From the IMG/VR virus record IMGVR_UViG_3300021510_000001, positions 1-55,317 of that record: a DNA stretch of 55,317 nucleotides. One strand, 5' to 3'. The notes under the pieces are model-generated. The model did no database searches and was not told where the DNA came from. It was given only the letters and a program-made list of their open reading frames with translations. This document shows, piece by piece, positions 1 to 8,186 of the stretch. This DNA comes from a virus (taxonomy: Duplodnaviria; Caudoviricetes). Numbering within the stretch: the first letter of the stretch is position 1; each line of letters begins with the position of its first letter. A program made the translations under genes and the position numbers.

Positions 1-2
1 TT

Positions 3-179
3 GTCGCTGACGTTGTCCAGGCGGCCCGGCACTGGGCTGAGGAGGCCGACACGATGGCCACGCTGATGGGCTGGTCACCGCAGGAGTCCAGCGATCTCGG
101 ACTGGCCACCCTGCGCCTGCTCGATGCGGTGCGCACGTTACAGGAGCACGACGCCGGGCCGCCCGACTCGGCGGGTTGA
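3..179 (+). CDS. 3' end of a hypothetical protein, truncated by the window edge
   Basis: Open frame VADVVQAARHWAEEADTMATLMGW...DSAG* with GC-rich third positions, convergent on the lysis genes. Confidence 0.55.
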   Translation, partial: VADVVQAARHWAEEADTMATLMGWSPQESSDLGLATLRLLDAVRTLQEHDAGPPDSAG

Positions 180-182
180 CTG

Positions 183-377
183 CTATTCCTTGTCGGCGGT
201 CCTGCGGGTGGTCGCCTTGCCGCCGCTCTTGGCCGGCGTCTCATTGGGCTCTTCGGCCTCGGTCGCCTCGACCTCGTAGCCGATGCGGTCGCCGGGCGGG
301 ACCGGCGCCGGCACGGCGGCGCCGGGATGCGCCGGCAGATCCTTGAATTCCAGGGGGGGCGGTGTCTGGTCAGCCAT
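183..377 (-). CDS. Small hypothetical protein (64 aa)
   Basis: ATG start, phage-like codon usage, last gene of the minus-strand operon. Confidence 0.6.
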   Translation of the reverse strand: MADQTPPPLEFKDLPAHPGAAVPAPVPPGDRIGYEVEATEAEEPNETPAKSGGKATTRRTADKE

Positions 378-427
378 GGGCTAAGCGCATCACGCCGCCC
401 CCCGGTCGGCAAGCCGACACGCGGTGC

Positions 428-802
428 TCAGGCGGCCAGCGCCGGGGTGCCGCGGGGGACCGGCCGGCCGTTGACGTCCACCGGGGCCACCACCTGACTG
501 CGCGCGACGAACGCCAGGATCGCGGTAACCAAGAACATGACGGCGGCCTGGGTCTCCGGCGAGAGGTTCAGTCCCAGGGCGATCACCAGCGCGATGAGTG
601 CCTTGAACAGACCGGTGAAGATCGGCACCCACTCCTCGGCGCGGACGAAGCCGGCGGCGATGAGGTTGAGCACCAGCACCGCGATGGCGTTGAGCCAGCC
701 CTGCACCTCGGTGGACAGACTGAAGAGCAGGCCGGCGCCGTAGATCAGCGCGGCGATCACGTTGAGGGTCAGTACCGGGTCGCGGCCGAACGGATTCTTC
801 AT
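428..802 (-). CDS. Holin
   Basis: 124 aa with about 4 hydrophobic helices, N-terminal GRDPV, C-terminal RSQVVAP as in actinophage holins; 4-nt overlap with the endolysin. Confidence 0.85.
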   Translation of the reverse strand: MKNPFGRDPVLTLNVIAALIYGAGLLFSLSTEVQGWLNAIAVLVLNLIAAGFVRAEEWVPIFTGLFKALIALVIALGLNLSPETQAAVMFLVTAILAFVARSQVVAPVDVNGRPVPRGTPALAA

Positions 803-1707
803 GGGGTACTCCCCTGCGGTTTCGGAATGGTGGACAACATGGTGATCAGCTCGTCGATGAAGGCGCGAGCGTCCTCGTGACGGTCGGCTCCGAGCATCTC
901 TTTGATCTGCTGAATGGCGGGCACCACGGTTTCCTGCACCGCTCGGTACGACCCGGCCTCGGATGCTTCGCGGGTGGCCGCCTCGAGCCGGGTGGTCAGC
1001 GCGTTGACGTCGAGATCGCCGTCGGACACCGCCGCGGCAATCGTCGCGACCTGGGCGGCAATGGCGTTCACGGTGGGGCCGATCGATTCCAGCTTGCCGT
1101 TGGCCGCGATCAGCCAGTTCTGCGCCGAGGTGGAATAGCCTGTCCAGCTAGCCAGCTCCATGGTCCATACATCTGTTGCGCTCACATCATCCTCCGAGCC
1201 GAGAACTCTGGCCATTACGTAGTCCCACGGAAACCCGGGACCGGGATCCCAATGTGTTCCGTCGTGGAATGCCTTCGTCCAGTCGTCGTGGGCGATGACA
1301 CCCCACCCGCCGTGTTGCAGCTCCACAATGGTGAGCCGCTTGGCGTTCAATCCTCGAGCACGGATACGGCCGATCAGCCATCCCGCGAGTCGATCGAGCA
1401 TGCCGCGCGGATTGGCGCAACCATCAACGGTTCCGGTCGATAGCCATTGGGCGCGGCTCCACCGAGCGAACGCGCACAGCTCCACATTGTCACTGATGGG
1501 GTTGCCGGACCGCAGTGTCCAGGCGGCTCGGTTGTAATCAACGATGCGCAGCGTTTCGCTGGCGTCGAGGCAGTCGTGCGCCGAGGCCTGGATATCCGGC
1601 TGAAAGAAGTAGCTGGCCAGATTGCGCGCGGTCCGGGCGCCCTCGGCGGTGTGCACGGCGGCCAGCGAGACCGCCCGGGATCCCCGAGGGCTTGACTTAT
1701 ACGCCAT
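799..1707 (-). CDS. Endolysin, N-acetylmuramoyl-L-alanine amidase (Amidase_2) with helical C-terminal region
   Basis: VHTAEG, SAH, AWT, VELC, HxD and HWDPGPGFPWD zinc-amidase motifs. Confidence 0.9.
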   Translation of the reverse strand: MAYKSSPRGSRAVSLAAVHTAEGARTARNLASYFFQPDIQASAHDCLDASETLRIVDYNRAAWTLRSGNPISDNVELCAFARWSRAQWLSTGTVDGCANPRGMLDRLAGWLIGRIRARGLNAKRLTIVELQHGGWGVIAHDDWTKAFHDGTHWDPGPGFPWDYVMARVLGSEDDVSATDVWTMELASWTGYSTSAQNWLIAANGKLESIGPTVNAIAAQVATIAAAVSDGDLDVNALTTRLEAATREASEAGSYRAVQETVVPAIQQIKEMLGADRHEDARAFIDELITMLSTIPKPQGSTP

Positions 1708-1879
1708 CGGATTCCCCCTGCTCGGTGAGCCACTGCTGACCCTCAGCGGTATGGAACCAGGGGTCGCGCAGATCGTTGTTCGAGTCGAGATCGACTCGGC
1801 CTTGCCGCATCACCGAAGTCAGCTCGGGGTCTTCGTCGTCGTTTCCCGGAATGTAGATGTCAGGTTCGGGATCAGGCAT
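1697..1879 (-). CDS. Small acidic hypothetical protein
   Basis: Overlaps both neighbours; GGAGG-type RBS upstream. Confidence 0.6.
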   Translation of the reverse strand: MPDPEPDIYIPGNDDEDPELTSVMRQGRVDLDSNNDLRDPWFHTAEGQQWLTEQGESDGV

Positions 1880-2129
1880 TGGGGTCCTCCGATTCTGGGT
1901 CGTGGGAATCGAGCGCCAAGCCGAGAGCCTGATAGTGCGGTCGCAGCCTGCTGTTCAGCGCAATGATGTCGGCGAGCACGGCATCGCGCTCCGCGTCCGA
2001 CTGGATCTCCTCGAGTTGAAGGTGGGCGCGGAAAAGGTCGGCCTCGATCAACCGGGCCCGCTCACGGCGAATCCTGACCATGTCGTCGGGTGTGAGTAGT
2101 TGGAACTGGATACCGGGAATGGGGATCAC
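1872..2129 (-). CDS. Hypothetical protein, possible fibre chaperone
   Basis: 85 aa helical protein coupled to the fibre gene by a GTGA overlap. Confidence 0.6.
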   Translation of the reverse strand: MIPIPGIQFQLLTPDDMVRIRRERARLIEADLFRAHLQLEEIQSDAERDAVLADIIALNSRLRPHYQALGLALDSHDPESEDPNA

Positions 2130-3616
2130 GGACCCCTCCAGGTGGCGGTGAGCGAGGTGGATTCGCCCTCGAAGTTGACGTCGGAAGCCACACCCACCTC
2201 GTGGTAGGCCCAGGCGGCGACGCGCTGCCCAGCCGCGAACCGGCGGGTGGTGGACACATCCAGCGAGAGCGCGGCGGTGGTGCTGTATCCGCTGCTGCTC
2301 TTCCAGGTGGTGGTGTGCACGTCGTCAGACAGCGAGAATCCGCGGAAGGTGGTGCCGGCGCCGAATCCGAACAGCACCCCCGCGTCCAGTGTCCACAAGC
2401 CAGCTCGATTAAGGGTGAGGTAGCTACCGGTGAGCGTGGTTCCGGCGGTGAGGGTGACGTCGACGGTGGTGTCCACCGCGGTGGGCAGGTAAAGCTTGCG
2501 CGTGGTGTGGCTGGGAACGCTCTGGGTGGCGATGTTCTTGTATTTCGCGTGGCCTTCGGCGTTGAGGTGCAGTACCCCGATCCAGGTGGCGCCGGTGTAG
2601 CGGTAGAGCATGTTGTCGGTGGTGAGCACGGCGAGGTCACCGGCGACCGGGGTGATGATGTCGGCCAGGTCGTCGACGGAGACCGCGACTCGGCCACCGC
2701 CCCACGCGGTGATCAACTCGGCGGCGGCCAGCGTGGTGGGGTTCAGCGCGCCGGTGTGGGTGAACGTGCCGGCGCTGTTCAGCGTGGGTGCGACCAGCGA
2801 GATCTCGCCACCCACCCACGGCGTGCGACCGAGGGTGATGTGGTCGGGCAGCGCGGTGAGGATGGCGGCGGCGTCGGCGACGCTGCGGAACACCTCGAGC
2901 CCGGGGCTGACCGGCGCGCTGGTCGAGCCGTGCAGTCGGGCACCGGCGCCGGCCACACCGACGATCGCCGCCGAGGACACCGGGATCCCGGTGACCGGAC
3001 TCGCCGCGCCGAACCCGTTGGCCAGCCGGGCCTGCATGCGCCCGGCGGCGTCCACTGTCCAGATCGCCTGCCCACCGGCATCCAGCGCGGTGTAGAGGTT
3101 GCCGGCGTTGCTGGCGTGCGCCGAGGCCACGGTGGCCCGCTCGCCGGTGGCCCGGGTGCGGGTGTAAAGCCGACCGGTGGTCAGCGGATCCAGCGAATCG
3201 GTGAGGTCGGCGCCGACGGCGCCTTGCAGGGTGCGCACCGCGCCGCTGGTGGCCAGCTCGCCGCCGGCCGTCATGGTGGCGCTGGCGGCGGCCGCGGCGA
3301 TGTCGGTGCTCCACACCACATCCGCAGACAGGGCGCCACGGAAGTAGCGGCGTACCGGCATCACCGGGCCACCCACCCATTCCCAGGCGGCGGCACCGCG
3401 GCGCCAGAGCGCAAAGCCGCTGGTGACGTCCTGACGGGCGTAGCGGCCGGGCTTGAGGTGATCGACCGGCAGGACGGCGTTGCTAACTCCGTCGTCGTAG
3501 GCGATCCGCGACTCGGCGCTGGTGACCGCTTCCATCCAGTCGGTGCGCGAGAGCGCCCCGTCGGCGTCCGCACTGTAGGCCGGCCACTCGTAGAAGGCGC
3601 TGCGGGTTTCCGCCAT
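2126..3616 (-). CDS. Tail fibre / receptor-binding protein
   Basis: Follows baseplate genes; Gly/Ala/Thr-rich; GDLAVLTTDNMLYRYTGATW fibre-type repeat and beta-rich (C1q/TNF-like) C-terminus. Confidence 0.7.
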   Translation of the reverse strand: MAETRSAFYEWPAYSADADGALSRTDWMEAVTSAESRIAYDDGVSNAVLPVDHLKPGRYARQDVTSGFALWRRGAAAWEWVGGPVMPVRRYFRGALSADVVWSTDIAAAAASATMTAGGELATSGAVRTLQGAVGADLTDSLDPLTTGRLYTRTRATGERATVASAHASNAGNLYTALDAGGQAIWTVDAAGRMQARLANGFGAASPVTGIPVSSAAIVGVAGAGARLHGSTSAPVSPGLEVFRSVADAAAILTALPDHITLGRTPWVGGEISLVAPTLNSAGTFTHTGALNPTTLAAAELITAWGGGRVAVSVDDLADIITPVAGDLAVLTTDNMLYRYTGATWIGVLHLNAEGHAKYKNIATQSVPSHTTRKLYLPTAVDTTVDVTLTAGTTLTGSYLTLNRAGLWTLDAGVLFGFGAGTTFRGFSLSDDVHTTTWKSSSGYSTTAALSLDVSTTRRFAAGQRVAAWAYHEVGVASDVNFEGESTSLTATWRGP

Positions 3617-4377
3617 TACAGTCCCGCCTCTCCCTGCTCGATCCAGGTGGCCGCGTTCCGGTCGGTCCAGAGTGGGAAGTCGGCCATCAGGTCAGTCCAG
3701 CTCGCCTCATAGGGGTAGGCCCACAGTGTCACCCCGGCCGGTTTGACGTCTTTGCGGATGACCGCGTTGAGTACCTCGTCGGGATCCGCGGTTTCACTGG
3801 GCCGGGTGATGATGGTGAGATCCCAGATGGTGCCGGGAACGATCACCCCGCCGCTGGGCATCTGGTGGAGCAGCAGCGCCACTCGCTGGGTGCCGGTCAG
3901 CGCCGACCTCGCCGCGTCGATGATCGACTGCCGGGTGCCGCTGCGATAGCCGGAGGTGGCGGAGTTGATCGCGTCGCGCCGTTCCTGCTCGCTGGCCGCC
4001 GGGCTGACTCGGGCGCCCACGAGCTGACTGAGCCACGGCAACCACGCCGCGTCGGCGGCGACCGGATCCCCCAACACCGAGGTGAGCTGCGTCCGGTTGG
4101 CCAGCCACACGGCCAGCTCGGCCGCCGAGAGGCCCCACGGCCGCGGGGCGGCCGGTCCGATCGCGTCGTTGCCGGCGATACCGTCGATCAGGTCGCCGAT
4201 CTGACCGGCCAGGTCGAGCACGCCACCCAAATAACGCTTGAACACCCAGCACGAATCGGCGGCGTCCAGCACCCGGATGATCTCCGGGAACCGGTTGTAG
4301 AGCCGGTGCACCAGCGCCGTCATGTACGGCACCTGTCCGTCGCCGGGGAGTGGCTCGCTGGCCAGCGGGGTGGTCAT
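3616..4377 (-). CDS. Baseplate wedge protein (P2 gpI-like tail protein)
   Basis: AWLPWLSQLVG...RRDAI...GTRQSI and KPAGV motifs; true start MTTPLASEP in a TGATG overlap with the J gene (ORF-track extension to 4959 rejected). Confidence 0.8.
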   Translation of the reverse strand: MTTPLASEPLPGDGQVPYMTALVHRLYNRFPEIIRVLDAADSCWVFKRYLGGVLDLAGQIGDLIDGIAGNDAIGPAAPRPWGLSAAELAVWLANRTQLTSVLGDPVAADAAWLPWLSQLVGARVSPAASEQERRDAINSATSGYRSGTRQSIIDAARSALTGTQRVALLLHQMPSGGVIVPGTIWDLTIITRPSETADPDEVLNAVIRKDVKPAGVTLWAYPYEASWTDLMADFPLWTDRNAATWIEQGEAGL

Positions 4378-5543
4378 CAGGGCCCCTGGGTGACGGTGAC
4401 GACACCGGCGTCGGGCAGCGCGGCGATCCCCACGATGGCGTAGTCGGCACTGGAGGCGGCCACGGTCACGCTGACCACTCGGTCGACTCCGCTGACCTGG
4501 TCGATCAACGACACCATCTCGTTGTGGTAGATCGTGGCGCCGCCGTCGCGTTCGGCCCAGGCGATCGGATCCAGGTAGGCCTCGATGGCGGCGACGACCG
4601 AATCGTGCACCGTGGCCCACACCGTCCCGGCAGTCGGTACGACAGTGGTGGCCACCGCCACCACCACGATCACCGCGTCCATGACGTGCACGTCCAGGAT
4701 GGCCAGCGCACTGGCTTCCATGCTCAGCTCGAGTGCCGCCTTGGCCGGCCCGGACAGCGCCGCGCCGGCCTCGTCGAGCACGGCAACCGTCATGTGTCCC
4801 GGGTCGTCGCCCGGCACCCCGGCGCCGCCCGGGTCGTAGCTGTCCAGCCCGATCGCGATGCCCACCAGCGGATCCTCCAGCGCGGCGGCGACGAAGTGTC
4901 GCGGCAGGACCAGGGTCTCGGAGAGTCGGGAGAGCCGACCGACGCCGCGGTCGCGCCATTCGCCGTCGGTCTCGGGGTTGCGCCCGTCGGCGACGTCGGT
5001 GGCCAGCACGATCGAGTCGATGAAGCTGACCCGGTCGGCCATCACCAGCGCGGTGCCGGCGGGGGTGCCGTTGGCGGCCGAGGTGAAGGTGTCGCCGATC
5101 AGGCTGACCACGCCATCGTCGCCACCGGGGGCGACCGTCAGCCCCGGCGGTTCCACCAGGAACGTCACGGCAGATCCGTCAGCGAGTGCCAGATGCGCGC
5201 GGGTGCCAGCCGGCACGGTGTGGCCGAGTAGGTCGCCGAAGGTGATGGTGGCGGTGGCGGCCGGGGGTGCGCCGAGGTCGCGGGTCACGCCGATCAGGCC
5301 GAGGATCGCCACGGCGACGGCGCCGGGGAGCCGGTTGACGGCGACGATGGCTTCGGCGATCTCCAACGCCAGGCCTTCGATCACGATGATCTCGGTGTTG
5401 GCCTCGTTGGGTACCCAGCCGGGCAGGTTCAACCTGGTGGCGGCGATCGCGGTGTCCACGATGGCCTGATCGGGCACGTCGAAGAGACGCAGGTCGATGT
5501 AGCCGGTCAGGTCGATGGGCGGGGTCACGCCGGGACTGCTCAC
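4377..5543 (-). CDS. Baseplate J/gp47 family protein
   Basis: LIGVTR...AATATITF, VPAGT, GRNPETDGEWRDR motifs. Confidence 0.9.
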   Translation of the reverse strand: MSSPGVTPPIDLTGYIDLRLFDVPDQAIVDTAIAATRLNLPGWVPNEANTEIIVIEGLALEIAEAIVAVNRLPGAVAVAILGLIGVTRDLGAPPAATATITFGDLLGHTVPAGTRAHLALADGSAVTFLVEPPGLTVAPGGDDGVVSLIGDTFTSAANGTPAGTALVMADRVSFIDSIVLATDVADGRNPETDGEWRDRGVGRLSRLSETLVLPRHFVAAALEDPLVGIAIGLDSYDPGGAGVPGDDPGHMTVAVLDEAGAALSGPAKAALELSMEASALAILDVHVMDAVIVVVAVATTVVPTAGTVWATVHDSVVAAIEAYLDPIAWAERDGGATIYHNEMVSLIDQVSGVDRVVSVTVAASSADYAIVGIAALPDAGVVTVTQGP

Positions 5544-5872
5544 GCGGACATCGCCGCCCGCCCGGCATCAGCGCGGCGCCAGGACACCGTGACCTGCTCG
5601 AGGCCGTCCTGGGCGGGCGCGACCTGCACTTCGGTGATGGTGATGGTGGGCCCGAAGTCGACCAGATGCCGCTGCAACGAGCCGACGGCGAAACCGGAGA
5701 AGGCCGGGTCGTTGACGCCGAAGGTGGGCACCTGGATGCGTTCACCGGGGCGGGTCAGCATCGCCATGGCGATGCATTCCTCGACCCAGGTGTCGGAGCC
5801 CTGCTCGACAGAGGCGACCGCGCCGGTGAGGTTGAGTCGGAACGGGAAACTCAACAGCCGCATGCCGCGCAT
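5540..5872 (-). CDS. Baseplate wedge / sheath initiator (gp25/GPW-like)
   Basis: LSFPFR...LTRPGERIQVPTFG motif; start may be ATG 5863. Confidence 0.85.
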   Translation of the reverse strand: MRGMRLLSFPFRLNLTGAVASVEQGSDTWVEECIAMAMLTRPGERIQVPTFGVNDPAFSGFAVGSLQRHLVDFGPTITITEVQVAPAQDGLEQVTVSWRRADAGRAAMSA

Positions 5873-5921
5873 CGTCTCACCGGTGAGTGATCAATCCTCG
5901 CAGCGGCGCGCGGGGCCGAGC

Positions 5922-6884
5922 CTATGAGTAACCCCGCTTGAAGTCGATCACCGACCACCTCGGCACGGTCGAGTTGTAGATCGCCGTCATGTAGTCGCGC
6001 CGCCCGGCCGTGGTGGAGAGCACCACGGCCGGGACATCGGTGCCCAGCCCGAAGGTGGACACCAGGGTGAGGGTGCGGCTACCGGTGGCGTCCTGGATGA
6101 ACTCCCAGGTGATGCGCTGCCCGTTGTTCGGGTTGGTGGGCGAGCCGAGCGTCCGATTGCCGCCTAGGGTGACCCGGAAGTTGTTGCCCAGGGCCGCGTC
6201 GGTGGCGATCGTGGCGGCGTCGGTCAGCGCCGCCACCGGGTTGACGATGCGCGGCACCCGCAGCGTGCCGGTGAAGGTGGGGTCGGCCAGCGGAGCGAGC
6301 AGGGCGAGTGCGGCGGAGAGTCCCACCACGTCGGCGATCGCCACGGCCAGGCTGGTCTTCAACTGGGCCATCGTCCGGTTGGCCCAGGCCCCGGCGATGT
6401 ATTGCAGCACGTCGTTGGCGGCGGGGCTGAGCCCGGCGATGGTGCTCAGGTCGGTATCCAGCGGCTGCGCGGCCAGCGCGATGAGGAGCTGGGCCATGGT
6501 CCGGTTGGTCCAGACTCCGCCGACGCGCTGGATCACGTCGTTGGCGGCCGGCGCCAGCGCGGCGATATCGGTGAGGTCGCCGTCGAGTGGCTGCTTGCCG
6601 GCGAGCGCGGTGACCAGCCCGGTCACATCGGCCAGGTCGATCGGAAGGATCGAGTCGAGCGGGATGGGCGGCAGCTTGCCGACGATGATCAGGTCGGACT
6701 GCGACGTCCCGACCTGGGTGAGCAGCACCCGGTCACCGGCCACCAGGCCCGGCACCGCGGCCTCATACGGTCCCATCGTCTGGCCCTCGGCGAGCGCGGC
6801 GACCTCGACCTCGTAGGTGTCCGGCAGTGGGCCGGCGCGCACCACACGACCGCGATGCGAGGGTCCATAGCTGGGCATGGTCAT
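5922..6884 (-). CDS. Baseplate spike-like protein (N-terminal OB-like domain) with fibre-type repeats and C-terminal beta domain
   Basis: GRVV...PGLVAGDRVLL...IIVGKL spike N-domain; repeated QPLDxDLxxIAxL...WxNRT; RBS AGAGGAAGG before ATG 6884. Confidence 0.7.
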   Translation of the reverse strand: MTMPSYGPSHRGRVVRAGPLPDTYEVEVAALAEGQTMGPYEAAVPGLVAGDRVLLTQVGTSQSDLIIVGKLPPIPLDSILPIDLADVTGLVTALAGKQPLDGDLTDIAALAPAANDVIQRVGGVWTNRTMAQLLIALAAQPLDTDLSTIAGLSPAANDVLQYIAGAWANRTMAQLKTSLAVAIADVVGLSAALALLAPLADPTFTGTLRVPRIVNPVAALTDAATIATDAALGNNFRVTLGGNRTLGSPTNPNNGQRITWEFIQDATGSRTLTLVSTFGLGTDVPAVVLSTTAGRRDYMTAIYNSTVPRWSVIDFKRGYS

Positions 6885-6982
6885 AGGTGGCGTTGCCTTC
6901 CTCTTAGGTGCCGATGAGGCGGAAACCACCCGCCGGACCGCCGAATGTGGGCGGGGCCACCCGGCGGCCCGACGGGAGATGA

Positions 6983-7489
6983 TCAGTCCGGGGTGACCTC
7001 GGTGACCGCGCCCGGCACGATGTTGACCCGCTCTGCGAGGCCTTCGACCACGGTGAGCGCGAAGTCACCGCTGGCGTTGACGTCGCCGGTGACCTCGGCG
7101 TGCACCATCGCCGAGCCCAGCTCGCCAACGGCGGCGGCGACAGCGGTGCCATCACCGTTGTCGGTGAGATTGATCAGCGAGGCGTCATCCACGGTGTAGA
7201 CGGTGGTGGCGTTCGCCGGGGCGGCGACCGGGTGACCCAGTTCGTCGGTGAAGCCGATCGAGAGCGCGACCTGCTTGTCCGCTTGAAGATCCATGATGAT
7301 GTTCACTCTTCCTGATTGGGATGGAGGTCCGGCCGGGCCGGGGATTCGGTCGGCCGGGGTGGTGTTGCTGATCGCGCCGATGCGCCACACCACGTTGAGG
7401 TGACGGCCCTTGATCAGCCATCGGGTTTCTTTGATCTTGACCAGGTCGCCGTAGTCGGTGACCGTGACCTTTCCATGGGGACCGTTCAC
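6983..7489 (-). CDS. Hypothetical virion protein with Ig-like C-terminal domain
   Basis: Beta-rich C-terminal ~100 aa; possible internal start at GTG 7306 or ATG 7294. Confidence 0.55.
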   Translation of the reverse strand: MNGPHGKVTVTDYGDLVKIKETRWLIKGRHLNVVWRIGAISNTTPADRIPGPAGPPSQSGRVNIIMDLQADKQVALSIGFTDELGHPVAAPANATTVYTVDDASLINLTDNGDGTAVAAAVGELGSAMVHAEVTGDVNASGDFALTVVEGLAERVNIVPGAVTEVTPD

Positions 7490-7510
7490 ACCAAGGTCAG
7501 CCTCTCTCTC

Positions 7511-8164
7511 CTATCGGTACCCCTGTCGGTGTACGACATGCGACACCTGGGCCACCGGCACATGATGCGCCGCCGAGATCATCGACAACGTTTCGCCGCG
7601 CGTTCGCCGGGCTCGGATGTCGCTGACCGCGGCGGACGTCAGCACGACTGTGTTGACATCAGTCACCGCGCTCCGCGATACCCCCCGCGTAACCTTGCTG
7701 ACCTGCGCTTTGCTGATGCCGTAGCGATCCGCCAATTCGGCGACAGGCAAACCGTGTTCATGGCGGTCGGCGCGCATTTGCGTTACCTGGGCGTCGGTAA
7801 GTTTTGATCGAGGGTGAACCTCGCCATTGCGTCGGCCGCCGCGTCGCCGTCCCCGAACAAGGCAGTCCTGCATATTGTCCATCGCGGTGCCCAGGAGCAA
7901 GCAGGTTAGAGGGTTGCAACATGGTGGGTTGTCGCAGCGGTGACGCACTTGCAGGTTGACTGGCGGAAGCCAGACACCATTGTGTTGAGCCCAGGCGTAT
8001 CGATGAGCGAGTATCCGCTGATAGTGACCGTTAAGGGTTCGTCCCAGTCTGCCATAGTTAGTGGACTTTTCAACGTACCCAGTCCACGGCCAGCAGCCCC
8101 CAGGCCCAGCGCTGCTGTCTACTTTGCGCCAGAACAGGCAGTCAGACATCCACTCGTATTCCAT
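7511..8164 (-). CDS. Free-standing HNH homing endonuclease with C-terminal HTH repeats
   Basis: FWRKVD..GCWPWTG..AHRYAW..VRHRCDNPPCCNP..GTAMDNMQD..HPRSKLT; lower GC; likely leaderless ATG 8164 after -10 TACCAT (ORF-track start 8179). Confidence 0.9.
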   Translation of the reverse strand: MEYEWMSDCLFWRKVDSSAGPGGCWPWTGYVEKSTNYGRLGRTLNGHYQRILAHRYAWAQHNGVWLPPVNLQVRHRCDNPPCCNPLTCLLLGTAMDNMQDCLVRGRRRGGRRNGEVHPRSKLTDAQVTQMRADRHEHGLPVAELADRYGISKAQVSKVTRGVSRSAVTDVNTVVLTSAAVSDIRARRTRGETLSMISAAHHVPVAQVSHVVHRQGYR

Positions 8165-8186
8165 GCCAGCATGGTACATGGTCGCG

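Noticed and set aside
4378-4959. ORF-track extension of the baseplate wedge gene
   Set aside because: It overlaps baseplate J; TGATG coupling at 4377 marks the real start.
7511-8186. Group I intron around the HNH genes (also 20111-21012)
   Set aside because: The upstream genes end with complete C-terminal motifs and stops, and the flanking non-coding space is too short for a ribozyme core.
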